From the NCBI GenBank assembly GCA_041659765.1, contig JBAZXR010000001.1:108537-172536 (forward strand): a DNA stretch of 64,000 nt. Direction: 5' to 3'. This stretch comes from Patescibacteria group bacterium (lineage in GTDB: Bacteria; Patescibacteriota; Patescibacteriia; UBA9934). The notes below the pieces were generated by a model, which saw only the letters and a list, made by a program, of their open reading frames with translations, was not told the DNA's origin and ran no database searches. Of this stretch, positions 55,643 through 64,000 are shown in pieces. Position 1 is the first letter of the stretch. The number at the start of each line of letters is the position of its first letter. Both the position numbers and the translations under genes were made by a program.

Positions 55643-56818
55643 ATGAAGATTCTACACGTTCATAAATACTTTCATGCCAAAGACGGTGCTGGGCGCTATT
55701 TGTTTGATTTGATGCGGTTGCAGGAGGGCGCGGGACATACCGTTGCAGGTTTTGCGATGGAGGATCCGCGGAATGCACCGAACGCCTGGAGCAAGTATTA
55801 CGTCTCTAACCTGGATACCACAGGAGTGGGAGGAATAAGGAGCTCGCTGAAGCAAATCGGCCGAGCTTGGTGGAGCTTGGAGGCTAAGGATAAAATGGAG
55901 GACATGCTGGAGGCGTTCCGGCCAGATATTGTGCACATTCATAACATTTACACGCATCTTTCGCCGTCCGTTCTCGTCCCTTGTAAGAAGCGTGGGATTC
56001 CCGTGGTGATGACCGTCCATGATTACGCACTGTTATCCGCGGACTATACGCTGAGCGGTGACCAGCGGTTCATTAAGGGATCGAGGCTGGCTACTTTAGT
56101 TTTGAATTTCATCACACAGGCTCAGCGAGTATTGAAACTGTACGACAGAGGGATCGCGCGATACTTTCCGGTGTCAGCATTTGTGAAGGGTAAACTGGTT
56201 CACGGCGGATATCCTGAGGAAAAGATGGCGGTGATTCAGCCTGCAGTTTCTCCAGCGCTGTATGGCCGAACATTCGACCACGTTCGTGAAGATGCGGTGT
56301 TGTTCGTCGGGCGCCTTGAGGCGTATAAGGGTGTGGGTGTGTATCTGGAGGCGGCTGCCTTGCGGCCGGACCTGACGTTCTATGTGGTCGGTACCGGTCC
56401 GCTTGCTTCTACGGTTCAAGCCTTCTCCCAAAACCACACGAACGTTTCATACTTAGGATATCTTGAGCCGGAAGAGGTTTATAAAAAAATGGCGAGCGTG
56501 AAAGCTGGTATTTTCCCGAGTGTGTGGCAAGAGCCTTTTGGAATGGTGGCGCTTGAATCTCTGGCCGTTGGCACGCCGATTATTGTGAGCGACATTGGCG
56601 GATTAGGCGAGCTTGCGGTAAAGAGCGGGGGAGGCAAAGCGTTTACACCGGGGAATGCAGACGCACTCGTGGGCGCCATCGATGCCATGCTTTCGGATCC
56701 CGATTACGAAAAGATGGCAGAGCAGGGGATTGCGTACGCCAACAAAGAACATTCGCCGGAAGCATTCCTCAGAAAGATTATGGTTGAATATGGACGAGCC
56801 GAAGATTTTATCCGTTAA
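55643..56818 (+). CDS. Glycosyltransferase family 4 (GT-B, Glycos_transf_1)
   Basis: EPFGMVALESLAVGTPIIVSDIGGLGE motif and N-terminal GT4 region. Confidence 0.8.
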   Translation: MKILHVHKYFHAKDGAGRYLFDLMRLQEGAGHTVAGFAMEDPRNAPNAWSKYYVSNLDTTGVGGIRSSLKQIGRAWWSLEAKDKMEDMLEAFRPDIVHIHNIYTHLSPSVLVPCKKRGIPVVMTVHDYALLSADYTLSGDQRFIKGSRLATLVLNFITQAQRVLKLYDRGIARYFPVSAFVKGKLVHGGYPEEKMAVIQPAVSPALYGRTFDHVREDAVLFVGRLEAYKGVGVYLEAAALRPDLTFYVVGTGPLASTVQAFSQNHTNVSYLGYLEPEEVYKKMASVKAGIFPSVWQEPFGMVALESLAVGTPIIVSDIGGLGELAVKSGGGKAFTPGNADALVGAIDAMLSDPDYEKMAEQGIAYANKEHSPEAFLRKIMVEYGRAEDFIR

Positions 56819-58070
56819 AGATTTCTTAGCCCTGGTAAATGACACGCTGGCGATGATTCCGTCAGAGGCTTTTGTGATTGAGGGTGAGGTTTCGGATTTT
56901 AAGATTAGTCAGGGCAAGTGGATCAACTTTGATCTGAAGGACGAATCCGTAGACATGAAAGTGCCGTGTTTCACGACCATCTACAAGCTGGGTATTCCTA
57001 TTCAGAGCGGCATGCGCGTGCGGGCCAGGGGGAATGCGCGGGTCTTTGAGCGCTTCGGCAAGTTCTCGCTCAACGTTGACGAGGTAATTCCGGTGGGCGA
57101 GGGGGCTCTCCAAAAGGCCTATCTCGAATTGAAAAAGAAACTCACCGCTGAAGGGATTTTCGATGTACGTCGCAAACGACTAGTTCCTCAGTTTCCGGAG
57201 CGGATCGGTCTCATTACCTCGAAAGAAGCTGCGGCATATGGTGACTTCATGCGATTACTCGGCAACAGAATGGGGGGTTTAACCGTCATCCATGCTGATT
57301 GTCATGTGCAGGGTCAACACGCGGTCTCCGAAATCCTCGGCGCGTTTCAATCGCTCGCCGCGTTGCCGGAAAGCGAACGGCCACAAGTGATTGTGCTCAC
57401 GCGTGGGGGAGGCAGCCTTGAGGATCTGCACGCCTTTAATGATGAGCGAGTAGTGCGTGCTGTGTTTTCGTCGAGCATCCCGGTCATTGTCGGCGTAGGG
57501 CACGAGCGCGACGAGAGTTTATGTGACTTCGCTGCTGATGTTCGAGCCTCGACACCGTCTAATGCGGCCGAGCTACTAGTGCAGTCACGCAGCGAGTTGC
57601 TACGACTCGTTCATATTAGTGAAGACCGCATGTGGTACGGGATGAGTGAGCGGATTCGAAAATACAATAATAGAATTGAGCGCTCGCTACAGGTTTTTGA
57701 CCACGCAATTTCTCGGACTTCGCACGGCATTCACGACACGATTATGCGGTTCACGAATTCGTTTGACCGGTATCGGTTGAGCGTCGTTCAGACTCGCGAT
57801 CACATTGAACGTCGAGAGCGGGCGGTCATGACGCTGTTCGAGTCTTCGGTGATGCAAGTGAGGGCGAAGGTAGATGGGCTTGCTCGGCTGATTAAGAATG
57901 TTGACCCTACGCTTGTCCTTGCCCGAGGTTACTCGATCATTCGAAAGAACGGGGAATTAGTGCGCTCAGCTTCGGCGCTTGCTCCCGGAGACGCTTTCTC
58001 GGTACAGTTGTCACAAGGGACGCTCGACGCTGAAGTAATCGGCAAGCGAAGACAAGAACGATTATTGTAG
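56790..58070 (+). CDS. xseA: Exodeoxyribonuclease VII large subunit
   Basis: OB-fold N-terminus (ILSVKDFLALVNDTL...FVIEGEVSDFK) and catalytic core (RGGGSLEDL). Start chosen at ATG 56790; the track ORF begins 45 codons upstream inside the GT gene. Confidence 0.8.
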   Translation: MDEPKILSVKDFLALVNDTLAMIPSEAFVIEGEVSDFKISQGKWINFDLKDESVDMKVPCFTTIYKLGIPIQSGMRVRARGNARVFERFGKFSLNVDEVIPVGEGALQKAYLELKKKLTAEGIFDVRRKRLVPQFPERIGLITSKEAAAYGDFMRLLGNRMGGLTVIHADCHVQGQHAVSEILGAFQSLAALPESERPQVIVLTRGGGSLEDLHAFNDERVVRAVFSSSIPVIVGVGHERDESLCDFAADVRASTPSNAAELLVQSRSELLRLVHISEDRMWYGMSERIRKYNNRIERSLQVFDHAISRTSHGIHDTIMRFTNSFDRYRLSVVQTRDHIERRERAVMTLFESSVMQVRAKVDGLARLIKNVDPTLVLARGYSIIRKNGELVRSASALAPGDAFSVQLSQGTLDAEVIGKRRQERLL

Positions 58071-58074
58071 TATT

Positions 58075-58308
58075 ATGGCAAAGAAAGCAGCATCATTTGG
58101 CGAGGCATTTCAGGAGCTGGAAGAAATCACCGCTTGGTTTGAGCGTGGCGATGTAGATCTTGATGAAGGCTTGAAGAAATTTGAGCGCGGACTCGAGCTC
58201 GCTGGAGTGTGTAAGGCAAAGTTGTCCGAGGTAGAAAATACCGTCATTGCTTTAAAGAAAAAATTCGCAGTTCTCTCTCTAGAGGACGATAACCAAACGA
58301 TCGTATGA
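58075..58308 (+). CDS. xseB: Exodeoxyribonuclease VII small subunit
   Basis: 77 aa helical protein with the XseB pattern (FEEALxELEEIV..LE). Confidence 0.8.
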   Translation: MAKKAASFGEAFQELEEITAWFERGDVDLDEGLKKFERGLELAGVCKAKLSEVENTVIALKKKFAVLSLEDDNQTIV

Positions 58309-58655
58309 TGAAACTTCTCTTGCGTTGGGTCATTACTGCCTTGGTACTTTTGGCGGCGACGCAGTTTGTGACTGGTTTCCATGTAGCTAACTTCTACGCA
58401 GCGCTCGTCGCAGCATTGATTCTAGGGCTCTTGAACGCCATCGTTCGACCAGTCCTTGTCGTTCTGACCTTGCCGGTGACGGTGGTTACTCTCGGCCTTT
58501 TCCTCTTTGTTATCAACGGCCTTCTTATTTGGTTCATGAGCTCCTTTGTAAAAGGTGTGACAGTTGAGGGATTCCTTCCGGCCTTGTTCGTCGCAATCCT
58601 CCTTTGGGCCACGGGCGTGGTCACGAACTGGTTTTTGAAGGCGGACAAGGAATAA
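58305..58655 (+). CDS. Phage-holin-family-4 / YvlD-like small membrane protein
   Basis: 116 aa, 4 TM, with LNAIVRPVLVVLTLPVTVVTLGLFLFVING matching the YvlD/holin-4 pattern. Confidence 0.6.
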   Translation: MMKLLLRWVITALVLLAATQFVTGFHVANFYAALVAALILGLLNAIVRPVLVVLTLPVTVVTLGLFLFVINGLLIWFMSSFVKGVTVEGFLPALFVAILLWATGVVTNWFLKADKE

Positions 58656-58662
58656 TGGGTGT

Positions 58663-58691
58663 TTGGCTAGGTTGACAAGATTTTTGTAATT
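58663..58691 (+). promoter_or_regulatory. Promoter P7 upstream of rplJ (TTGACA - 17 nt - TAATCT)
   Basis: Consensus -35 with an appropriately spaced -10-like hexamer. Confidence 0.5.
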
Positions 58692-58832
58692 GGGTAATCT
58701 CCTCGCACCATCGAATTCGTAGAACGCCAGTAGTGGTTAAACCCACGTAAGCCTGGTCGAGAAATCGATGAATCCACCATCTGGTGGGTTCATATTCTAC
58801 GGCCTCATGGCCGTAATTTTTAATCTCCGCGT
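58692..58832 (+). promoter_or_regulatory. rplJ 5' leader (candidate L10(L12)4 autoregulatory leader)
   Basis: ~140-nt untranslated leader with hairpins (gaatccacca/tggtgggttc and cggcc tcat ggccg) between the promoter and the rplJ start. Confidence 0.4.
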
Positions 58833-59357
58833 ATGCCAAAATCACGCGCTCAAAAAGCCGGCATCGTGGAAGAGATCGCCGCTCGTTTCCGTGGAATGAA
58901 AGCCGCCGCCTTTTCGGAGGTGTCGGGACTGACCATGGAAGACGCAGACAAGCTCCGCGCTAAAGCAGCGCTCCAGAACGTAGAGGTCTTCATTGCCAAG
59001 AAGACGCTCCTCGCGATGGCCGCTAAAGAGGCAGGAATTGAAGGTCTCTCCGCGAACACGCTTTCAGGTTCTATCCTGACAGCGGTCGGTATGAGTGACG
59101 AAGTCTCCGCAGCGAAGCTCTTGAAGGAGCTCATGAAGGAGAAAGAAACGATTAAGCTGGTAGCCGGCGTCCTAGACGGACGCATGATGAGCAAGGAAGA
59201 AGTCACGCAACTGGCGTCGCTTCCGTCCAAGCAGGAACTCCTCCAGAAGCTGGTGGGAACCCTGAACGCTCCGGTTTCTGGTTTCGTCAATGTCCTTGCA
59301 GGTAACCTGCGCGGGCTGGTCACGGTACTTGGTGCAATTAACGAAAAGAAAGCTTAA
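58833..59357 (+). CDS. rplJ: 50S ribosomal protein L10
   Basis: 174 aa matching the L10 family pattern. Confidence 0.85.
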   Translation: MPKSRAQKAGIVEEIAARFRGMKAAAFSEVSGLTMEDADKLRAKAALQNVEVFIAKKTLLAMAAKEAGIEGLSANTLSGSILTAVGMSDEVSAAKLLKELMKEKETIKLVAGVLDGRMMSKEEVTQLASLPSKQELLQKLVGTLNAPVSGFVNVLAGNLRGLVTVLGAINEKKA

Positions 59358-59366
59358 CTTTATCTT

Positions 59367-59771
59367 ATGTCCGACGAAATGAAGTCAGTTGAGGTGCCAG
59401 CTAAGTTCTCCGCTTTGGTCGAATCTATTGAAAAGATGTCCGTTCTTGACTTGGCAGAACTCGTGAAGGTTTTGGAAGGAAAGTTTGGCGTGTCCGCTTC
59501 CGCTCCAGCTATGATGATGGCTGCTCCAGCTGCTGGTGGCGCCGCTGCCGCAGAAGAGAAGTCCTCTTTCACGGTTGAATTGACCTCCGCTGGCGAGAGC
59601 AAGATCAACGTGATCAAGGTCGTTCGTGAAATCACGGGTCTTGGACTTAAGGAAGCTAAGGACATTGTAGACGCTGCTCCAAAGGCAGTGAAGGAAGGCG
59701 CAAGCAAGGCAGAAGCAGAAGACATGCAGAAGAAGATCGAAGCCGCTGGCGGTAAGGTCACCTTGAAGTAA
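59367..59771 (+). CDS. rplL: 50S ribosomal protein L7/L12
   Basis: N-terminal dimerisation region, an Ala/Pro hinge and a C-terminal domain ([16 protein letters not shown]). Confidence 0.9.
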   Translation: MSDEMKSVEVPAKFSALVESIEKMSVLDLAELVKVLEGKFGVSASAPAMMMAAPAAGGAAAAEEKSSFTVELTSAGESKINVIKVVREITGLGLKEAKDIVDAAPKAVKEGASKAEAEDMQKKIEAAGGKVTLK

Positions 59772-59853
59772 GCAAAACAAAATAGCACTCTCTCTCGGAA
59801 ATGGAGTCGGATTACCTCCTAACATTTCCTCGAAAGAGTGCTTTTTGTTTTGC
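59772..59853. repeat. Conserved-loop hairpin element, copy 6 (core 59802..59823)
   Basis: Stem agcaaaacaaaatagcactc / gagtgctttttgttttgct. It exactly fills the gap between the rplL stop and the stop of the convergent 59854 gene. Confidence 0.85.
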
Positions 59854-61953
59854 TTACTTCACCAGGTGGTCGGCGGTAAATCCGAGTGCTTTGTCGCCGG
59901 TGACGACTATGATGCGGTTTGCAGATTCCTCGACGGTGAAGCCGACGGCGTTTTTGAAGCTGTCATTTGTGTATTGTGCTTCTAGGTTGCCTGTTGTTTT
60001 ATCAAGGACCACTACGCGACTAGTGCCTGGATCGAGGACGTATAGATATTTACTAGCAACGTCTGTCCAGATGTCTGTTGGATTTATGAGAGCCGGATCA
60101 AAGCTGGCGTGAGTCCAGGCGACTTCTTTGCCAGCATGGAACTTCACGACGTCATGCTTGAGGAGCACATATACGTCGCCGTCAATCGTCAGCGCTTGGG
60201 CGGTAGAAAGATCGCTGTCCTTGGAGATGATCCAAGGTGTACCCGCTTCATAGGCGGTGCCGATGGGGCGCATCTTTACAATCTGTCCGCTGCCGGCCGA
60301 GAGCGCGTAGAGGTTTGAGCCGTAGGTAATGATGTCTTCAACGCTGAGCATGGCGTTCGTGCCGCTTTGGAGCGGGTTTACGGTGTGGGCGGTGAGATCA
60401 ACGCGGCCGAGCTGTTTGTTCAAATCCATGACGAGCGCGTTGCCGCCTTCCGGGGTCATGCTACGGACGGATTCCAGGATTCCCTTCGTAGCTTCTTCTT
60501 TTGTCCAGGCACTCTTAAGTCCGTCTAAACGGTAAACGTCCAGATTTGAGGTAATGGCGAATAGCGAACCGCTGGTTTCCGTGATGCTCGTGATCCCGTT
60601 GCCGTTCGCGCTATCCGCCATGGTGGCGAGTGTTTGCGGACTGACGGCGATGATGCCTCTGATTTTATCTTCGACCACGTGAAGTTTGACTAACAGATCA
60701 GTCACCTGCTTTTTTTGATCGGCAGTATTTTTTGGCAGTGTTTCTAAGATGCTTTGGGCTTCTGTCAGGGATTTTCTCGCTTCTTCCGTGTTGCGGTAGA
60801 TCAAGCTAGCTTGAGCGGCCAGAATTCGGTCATCAATGCTCTTAACCGTCTGTGAGAACTGGAGCTCGGCTTTGGCTCGTTCGCCTCTGCCTTTTGAGAG
60901 GTAGAAGAGGCCGGTACCGAGCACGATGACGAGCAGGATAGAGAAGAGAATGCCGGCCCGGAGGGGAGTTATTACGGGAGCGCCTTTTCGGCCCTTGGTG
61001 TTGGCGAGGAAGATATTGGAAGCTAAGGCGGCTACTGCAGTGAAGGTTTTTTGAGCCAGAGTGAGCATTAACGCTAAGCCGCGTTTTAAAATGGCTACGG
61101 CGCCTCTAGTTCCCGGCGCGGAGAGTGATTGGCGAATGCTTTGGGTGACATTTTTTACCAGACTGGAGAGCTCGGTGTTTGATTCGCCGAGCACATTGGC
61201 GGTTCTGTCTTTTGATGATTGCAAAGCGGTTAGTGAACCGATCGGGTTGGCTTTTTTTGGAGGGCCGGACGGTTTTTCTTCTTCCGCAAAGGAGAAGCTT
61301 ACGGCCGCGTAGACATCCCCCGGCGGAACGAACTGTTTGATTCGTTGGAGGGCTGAGGCCGGGGGGAGCGTGACTAAGATGTCATGCAGTTCGTCTGATC
61401 TGAGAGCGTGAGTCGAAACGGGCGTGGCGACATAAAAAACATCACCGCCGTGGGTTTCGCCGTCTAGGATAGTGTGAAAATACCTAGGGTCATCCGGGGT
61501 TCGTCCCTCTCCAAACTGATCATGAAGCTCGTAGACGCTAAAGCGCTTATCTGCGGTTTTGTGCAGAAAGAGAGCATCGATATTGCCGATGCCGGAGAAA
61601 AAAATCTGGTCTCTAGTGGCCATGCCAACCACGCCCTGCACTTGAATCATTTTCAAGTTCATCTCATGGGCTGCGGCGAGTAAATCTGTGTTCAAAGCAC
61701 CTAACATTTGTTCGAATCTACGGGCCGAGTTTAATTCCGAGGAAGCGTCAGCGGAAAGATGTTCAAGATGACTGGCGGTCATGTGTAGCAGGCGATCTCG
61801 ACCTTCTTCATCCTTGGAATCAATCACCATGACGCCAAAAATCGCACTCTTTCCTCCGGGGAGAGAGTGAAGCATTGTTTTGGCGCCCATCTGCGGACGC
61901 TGGGGGAGCACAAGCAGCTCGCCACTTTTCACGCTGTGTTGGTATTCCGCCAT
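59854..61953 (-). CDS. Hypothetical bitopic membrane protein: ~330 aa cytoplasmic domain, TM helix, coiled-coil, beta-rich extracellular C-terminal domain
   Basis: 699 aa with a single TM (ILFSILLVIVLGTGLFYL). No catalytic motif recognised. Confidence 0.5.
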   Translation of the reverse strand: MAEYQHSVKSGELLVLPQRPQMGAKTMLHSLPGGKSAIFGVMVIDSKDEEGRDRLLHMTASHLEHLSADASSELNSARRFEQMLGALNTDLLAAAHEMNLKMIQVQGVVGMATRDQIFFSGIGNIDALFLHKTADKRFSVYELHDQFGEGRTPDDPRYFHTILDGETHGGDVFYVATPVSTHALRSDELHDILVTLPPASALQRIKQFVPPGDVYAAVSFSFAEEEKPSGPPKKANPIGSLTALQSSKDRTANVLGESNTELSSLVKNVTQSIRQSLSAPGTRGAVAILKRGLALMLTLAQKTFTAVAALASNIFLANTKGRKGAPVITPLRAGILFSILLVIVLGTGLFYLSKGRGERAKAELQFSQTVKSIDDRILAAQASLIYRNTEEARKSLTEAQSILETLPKNTADQKKQVTDLLVKLHVVEDKIRGIIAVSPQTLATMADSANGNGITSITETSGSLFAITSNLDVYRLDGLKSAWTKEEATKGILESVRSMTPEGGNALVMDLNKQLGRVDLTAHTVNPLQSGTNAMLSVEDIITYGSNLYALSAGSGQIVKMRPIGTAYEAGTPWIISKDSDLSTAQALTIDGDVYVLLKHDVVKFHAGKEVAWTHASFDPALINPTDIWTDVASKYLYVLDPGTSRVVVLDKTTGNLEAQYTNDSFKNAVGFTVEESANRIIVVTGDKALGFTADHLVK

Positions 61954-62004
61954 GGTTGCTATTCTTCTGAACTTTCAGTATACAGTATACTCAAAGTACT
62001 CATT

Positions 62005-62634
62005 ATGGATACCCCTAAGAGTGAAGAAGAGTTCGAAGGCGGGGCTTTTCGCATAGAACAACTCTTTGGTTCGCGAACGCGTGCTCGGCTATTGAGCGTC
62101 TTTTTGGAGCATGCGGATCGCGCTTTTTATGTTCGAGAATTGGCACGGCGAGTGGATGCCCAGATTAACGCTGTACGCCGTGAACTTAAGAACCTTCTCG
62201 CGATTGGGATTGTTATTGAAGGCGAGGAGAAGGAATCAACTGATAAAGAAAATAAGAGGTTCTATCGGGCGGACTCGAATTTTCCACTATTTGATGACTT
62301 AAAAGCGGTGATGAAAAAAGCGGCGGTTCTTATGAATCGTTCCTTGCTTGAAGCGCTCAAGGCCGCGGGAGAAGTTGATCTTGTGCTCCTTACGGGAAAG
62401 TTTACGGAGTCGGCCAATGTTCCTACTGATGTGCTGATTGTGGGCGATATTGTTCCGGACGCCGTGCAGAAAGCCGTGCAGGAGTTCGAGCGCGAGATTG
62501 GCCGAGAAGTGAACTACACTTTTATGCCGCGCGAAGAGTTCAAATATCGCTCGGACGTAGGCGATCGGTTTTTGACTTCGCTCTTGAGCGGCAAGCGAAT
62601 AGTGCTTTTAGATGCGCTTGAAAAGAAGCTATGA
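62005..62634 (+). CDS. Winged-helix DNA-binding protein with C-terminal nucleotidyltransferase-like region (hypothetical)
   Basis: HTH-like FYVRELARRVDAQINAVRRELKNL. Start chosen at ATG 62005; the track ORF starts at 61867 inside the divergent gene. Confidence 0.45.
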   Translation: MDTPKSEEEFEGGAFRIEQLFGSRTRARLLSVFLEHADRAFYVRELARRVDAQINAVRRELKNLLAIGIVIEGEEKESTDKENKRFYRADSNFPLFDDLKAVMKKAAVLMNRSLLEALKAAGEVDLVLLTGKFTESANVPTDVLIVGDIVPDAVQKAVQEFEREIGREVNYTFMPREEFKYRSDVGDRFLTSLLSGKRIVLLDALEKKL

Positions 62635-63002
62635 TTTTGACGCTCGATGGTCACGACATCACGCAGCTCTCGCTCGGTCTCGTCAACGACGACCGAACGG
62701 AGTTTGTGCCCCCGCAAATCATTCCCTGCGTCCCAGAGGGTTATCTTGGTATCATTGATGGGTTTTTGCAGGCCCATGAGCTAGGGCTATCTAGGGTGAC
62801 CGGGATCGTAGTGTCCTCGACCGACGGTTCGGCAACCGCGTTACGCGTTTCCCACGCGATTGCTAATGCCTGGGGATTTGCCCGCGGGATTCCGCTTTAC
62901 CGATCGCTTGAGGCTTCTCCGCTGGCCATTCTTCTGCCTGAATATAGGGAGACTGCACATGTGACGGCGAGAAAGAAGGATGCATTGTATAGAAAAACAT
63001 GA
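62631..63002 (+). CDS. tsaB: TsaB/YeaZ-like protein, short (N-terminal domain only)
   Basis: MILTLDGH... and GSATALRVSHAIANAWGFARGIPL resemble the TsaB N-terminus. At 123 aa it is about half the typical length. Confidence 0.5.
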   Translation: MILTLDGHDITQLSLGLVNDDRTEFVPPQIIPCVPEGYLGIIDGFLQAHELGLSRVTGIVVSSTDGSATALRVSHAIANAWGFARGIPLYRSLEASPLAILLPEYRETAHVTARKKDALYRKT

Positions 63003-64000
63003 ACCAAACTTTTGGCCAATACGGGAAACACAGATTCTGGGAAATGGTCCCGGGAGCTTTAGTCTGGTCGGTTTTGCTGAGCTCGCTTTTCTTGTCGCTC
63101 TTTGCGCCGACTGTGGCGATTGTTTGTATCATCATCTTTGATCTTTATTGGATGCTGCGGGTATTTTATTTTGTTATTCACGTGGTAGCGGCTTACAGTT
63201 CTTACAGACAGACTTTGAAGGTTGATTGGCGGAAGAAGGTGGAGGAATTGCCGGGTTACGAACGTCTGTACCACGTAATCATGCTGCCGACGTTCCAAGA
63301 AGATCTTCAGATTGTCGAGGAAGCTTTCGAATCACTCCTGCGTACGAAGTATCGAACTGACCGCATGATTGTGGTACTCGGCGGCGAAGAACGTGATGAG
63401 GTTAATTTCCGTAGCTATCAACAGGTGATCGAAGGGCGTTACGCGGGGAAGTTTGCGAAGTTGTTATTTACAGTTCATCCGAAAGATATTCCCGGCGAGA
63501 TTCCGGGCAAAGGTTCGAACTTGAAACACATGGCCACCGTTCTTCAGGGGGTGATCGACGAGCTCCAGATTCCGTACGAGGACATTGTTGTCTCTGCCTT
63601 TGATGTTGATACGGTGGCGCATGAAATGTACTTTGCGCGGCTGGCGCATTTGTACCTCACTGAGCCGAATCCGACGCGCAGCTCTTATCAGCCGGTGACG
63701 CTTTTTTCCAACAACATTTGGTCCGCGGCCGCGCCGATCCGTATTGCCGCGTTCGGTACGACTTTTTGGTTGCTCGGCGAACTAGTTCGACCGGAAAGAA
63801 TGTGGACCTTTTCTTCGCACTCCATGCCGTGGCAGATGCTTGTCGATGTCGGTTTTTGGGAGCCGGATTTGGTGAGCGAAGACTCGCGCATCTTCATGCA
63901 GGCACTTTTACATTATGACGGCGCATATCGGGTGACTCCGGTGTTCTTGCCGGTCTCGATGGACACTGTCGCAGGCGGCTCGTATCTTCAAAGCCTGGTT
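62999..64000 (+). CDS. Membrane glycosyltransferase (GT2-like), 5' portion; continues beyond window end
   Basis: Open frame from ATG 62999 with no stop to 64000. It has N-terminal TM helices then VIMLPTFQEDL...VVLGGEERDE. It overlaps the TsaB stop (ATGA) and is not in the supplied ORF track. Confidence 0.55.
   Translation, partial: MNQTFGQYGKHRFWEMVPGALVWSVLLSSLFLSLFAPTVAIVCIIIFDLYWMLRVFYFVIHVVAAYSSYRQTLKVDWRKKVEELPGYERLYHVIMLPTFQEDLQIVEEAFESLLRTKYRTDRMIVVLGGEERDEVNFRSYQQVIEGRYAGKFAKLLFTVHPKDIPGEIPGKGSNLKHMATVLQGVIDELQIPYEDIVVSAFDVDTVAHEMYFARLAHLYLTEPNPTRSSYQPVTLFSNNIWSAAAPIRIAAFGTTFWLLGELVRPERMWTFSSHSMPWQMLVDVGFWEPDLVSEDSRIFMQALLHYDGAYRVTPVFLPVSMDTVAGGSYLQSLV

Overview
This 64 kb window is a gene-dense bacterial chromosomal segment with roughly half G+C. 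Its gene content (short housekeeping genes, giant surface proteins anchored by TrbC/VirB2-like N-termini, an LCP protein and signal peptidase but no outer-membrane machinery) is typical of a small-genome Patescibacteria/CPR-like organism.

Recognisable genes include aspS (3' part), scpA/scpB, a D-Ala-D-Ala carboxypeptidase, parA/parB, a short RelA/SpoT homologue, topA, dprA, pth, der, an LCP protein, lepB, hisS, rpsU, hflX, ybeY, dgkA, ftsA, ftsZ, nrdR, pyk, rplT/rpmI/infC, smpB with ssrA (tmRNA), xseA/xseB and rplJ/rplL. There are five tRNAs (fMet, CAU, Leu-CAA, Val-CAC, Asp-GUC).

Four observations stand out.

1. A family of at least six hairpin elements plus one truncated copy. Each has a different stem of 20-30 bp but an almost identical 21-nt loop, GGAGTCGGATTACCTCCTAAC. 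The loop is read on either strand as an SD-like AGGAGGU or a 16S-3'-tail-like ACCUCCU. Every copy sits exactly in an intergenic gap, mostly between convergent genes.

2. An operon running hflX -> 575 aa -> 3180 aa -> three paralogues -> ybeY-dgkA-ftsA-ftsZ. The giant protein has a VirB2-like anchor, Ig-like domains, two arrays of Myxococcus-type cysteine-rich repeats and a vWA/MIDAS domain. It is followed by three bitopic proteins carrying Ca-binding DxDxDG (TSP3/dockerin-like) repeats. This is a plausible host-attachment apparatus.

3. A ~3.8 kb island of clearly higher G+C (51.1-54.9 kb) encoding three secreted proteins or lipoproteins, one with MopE-type metal-binding repeats. Each is driven by its own copy of a ~30-nt near-consensus promoter (TTGACAAAAG.C...TTTTT.TGCTATAAT). 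The same promoter heads two small high-GC promoter-ORF-terminator units between parB and relA.

4. A tmRNA with the G3-U70 wobble, placed directly downstream of smpB.

No CRISPR array, integrase, transposase or reverse transcriptase is evident. All functional calls rest on motif and family recognition by eye and need database confirmation.
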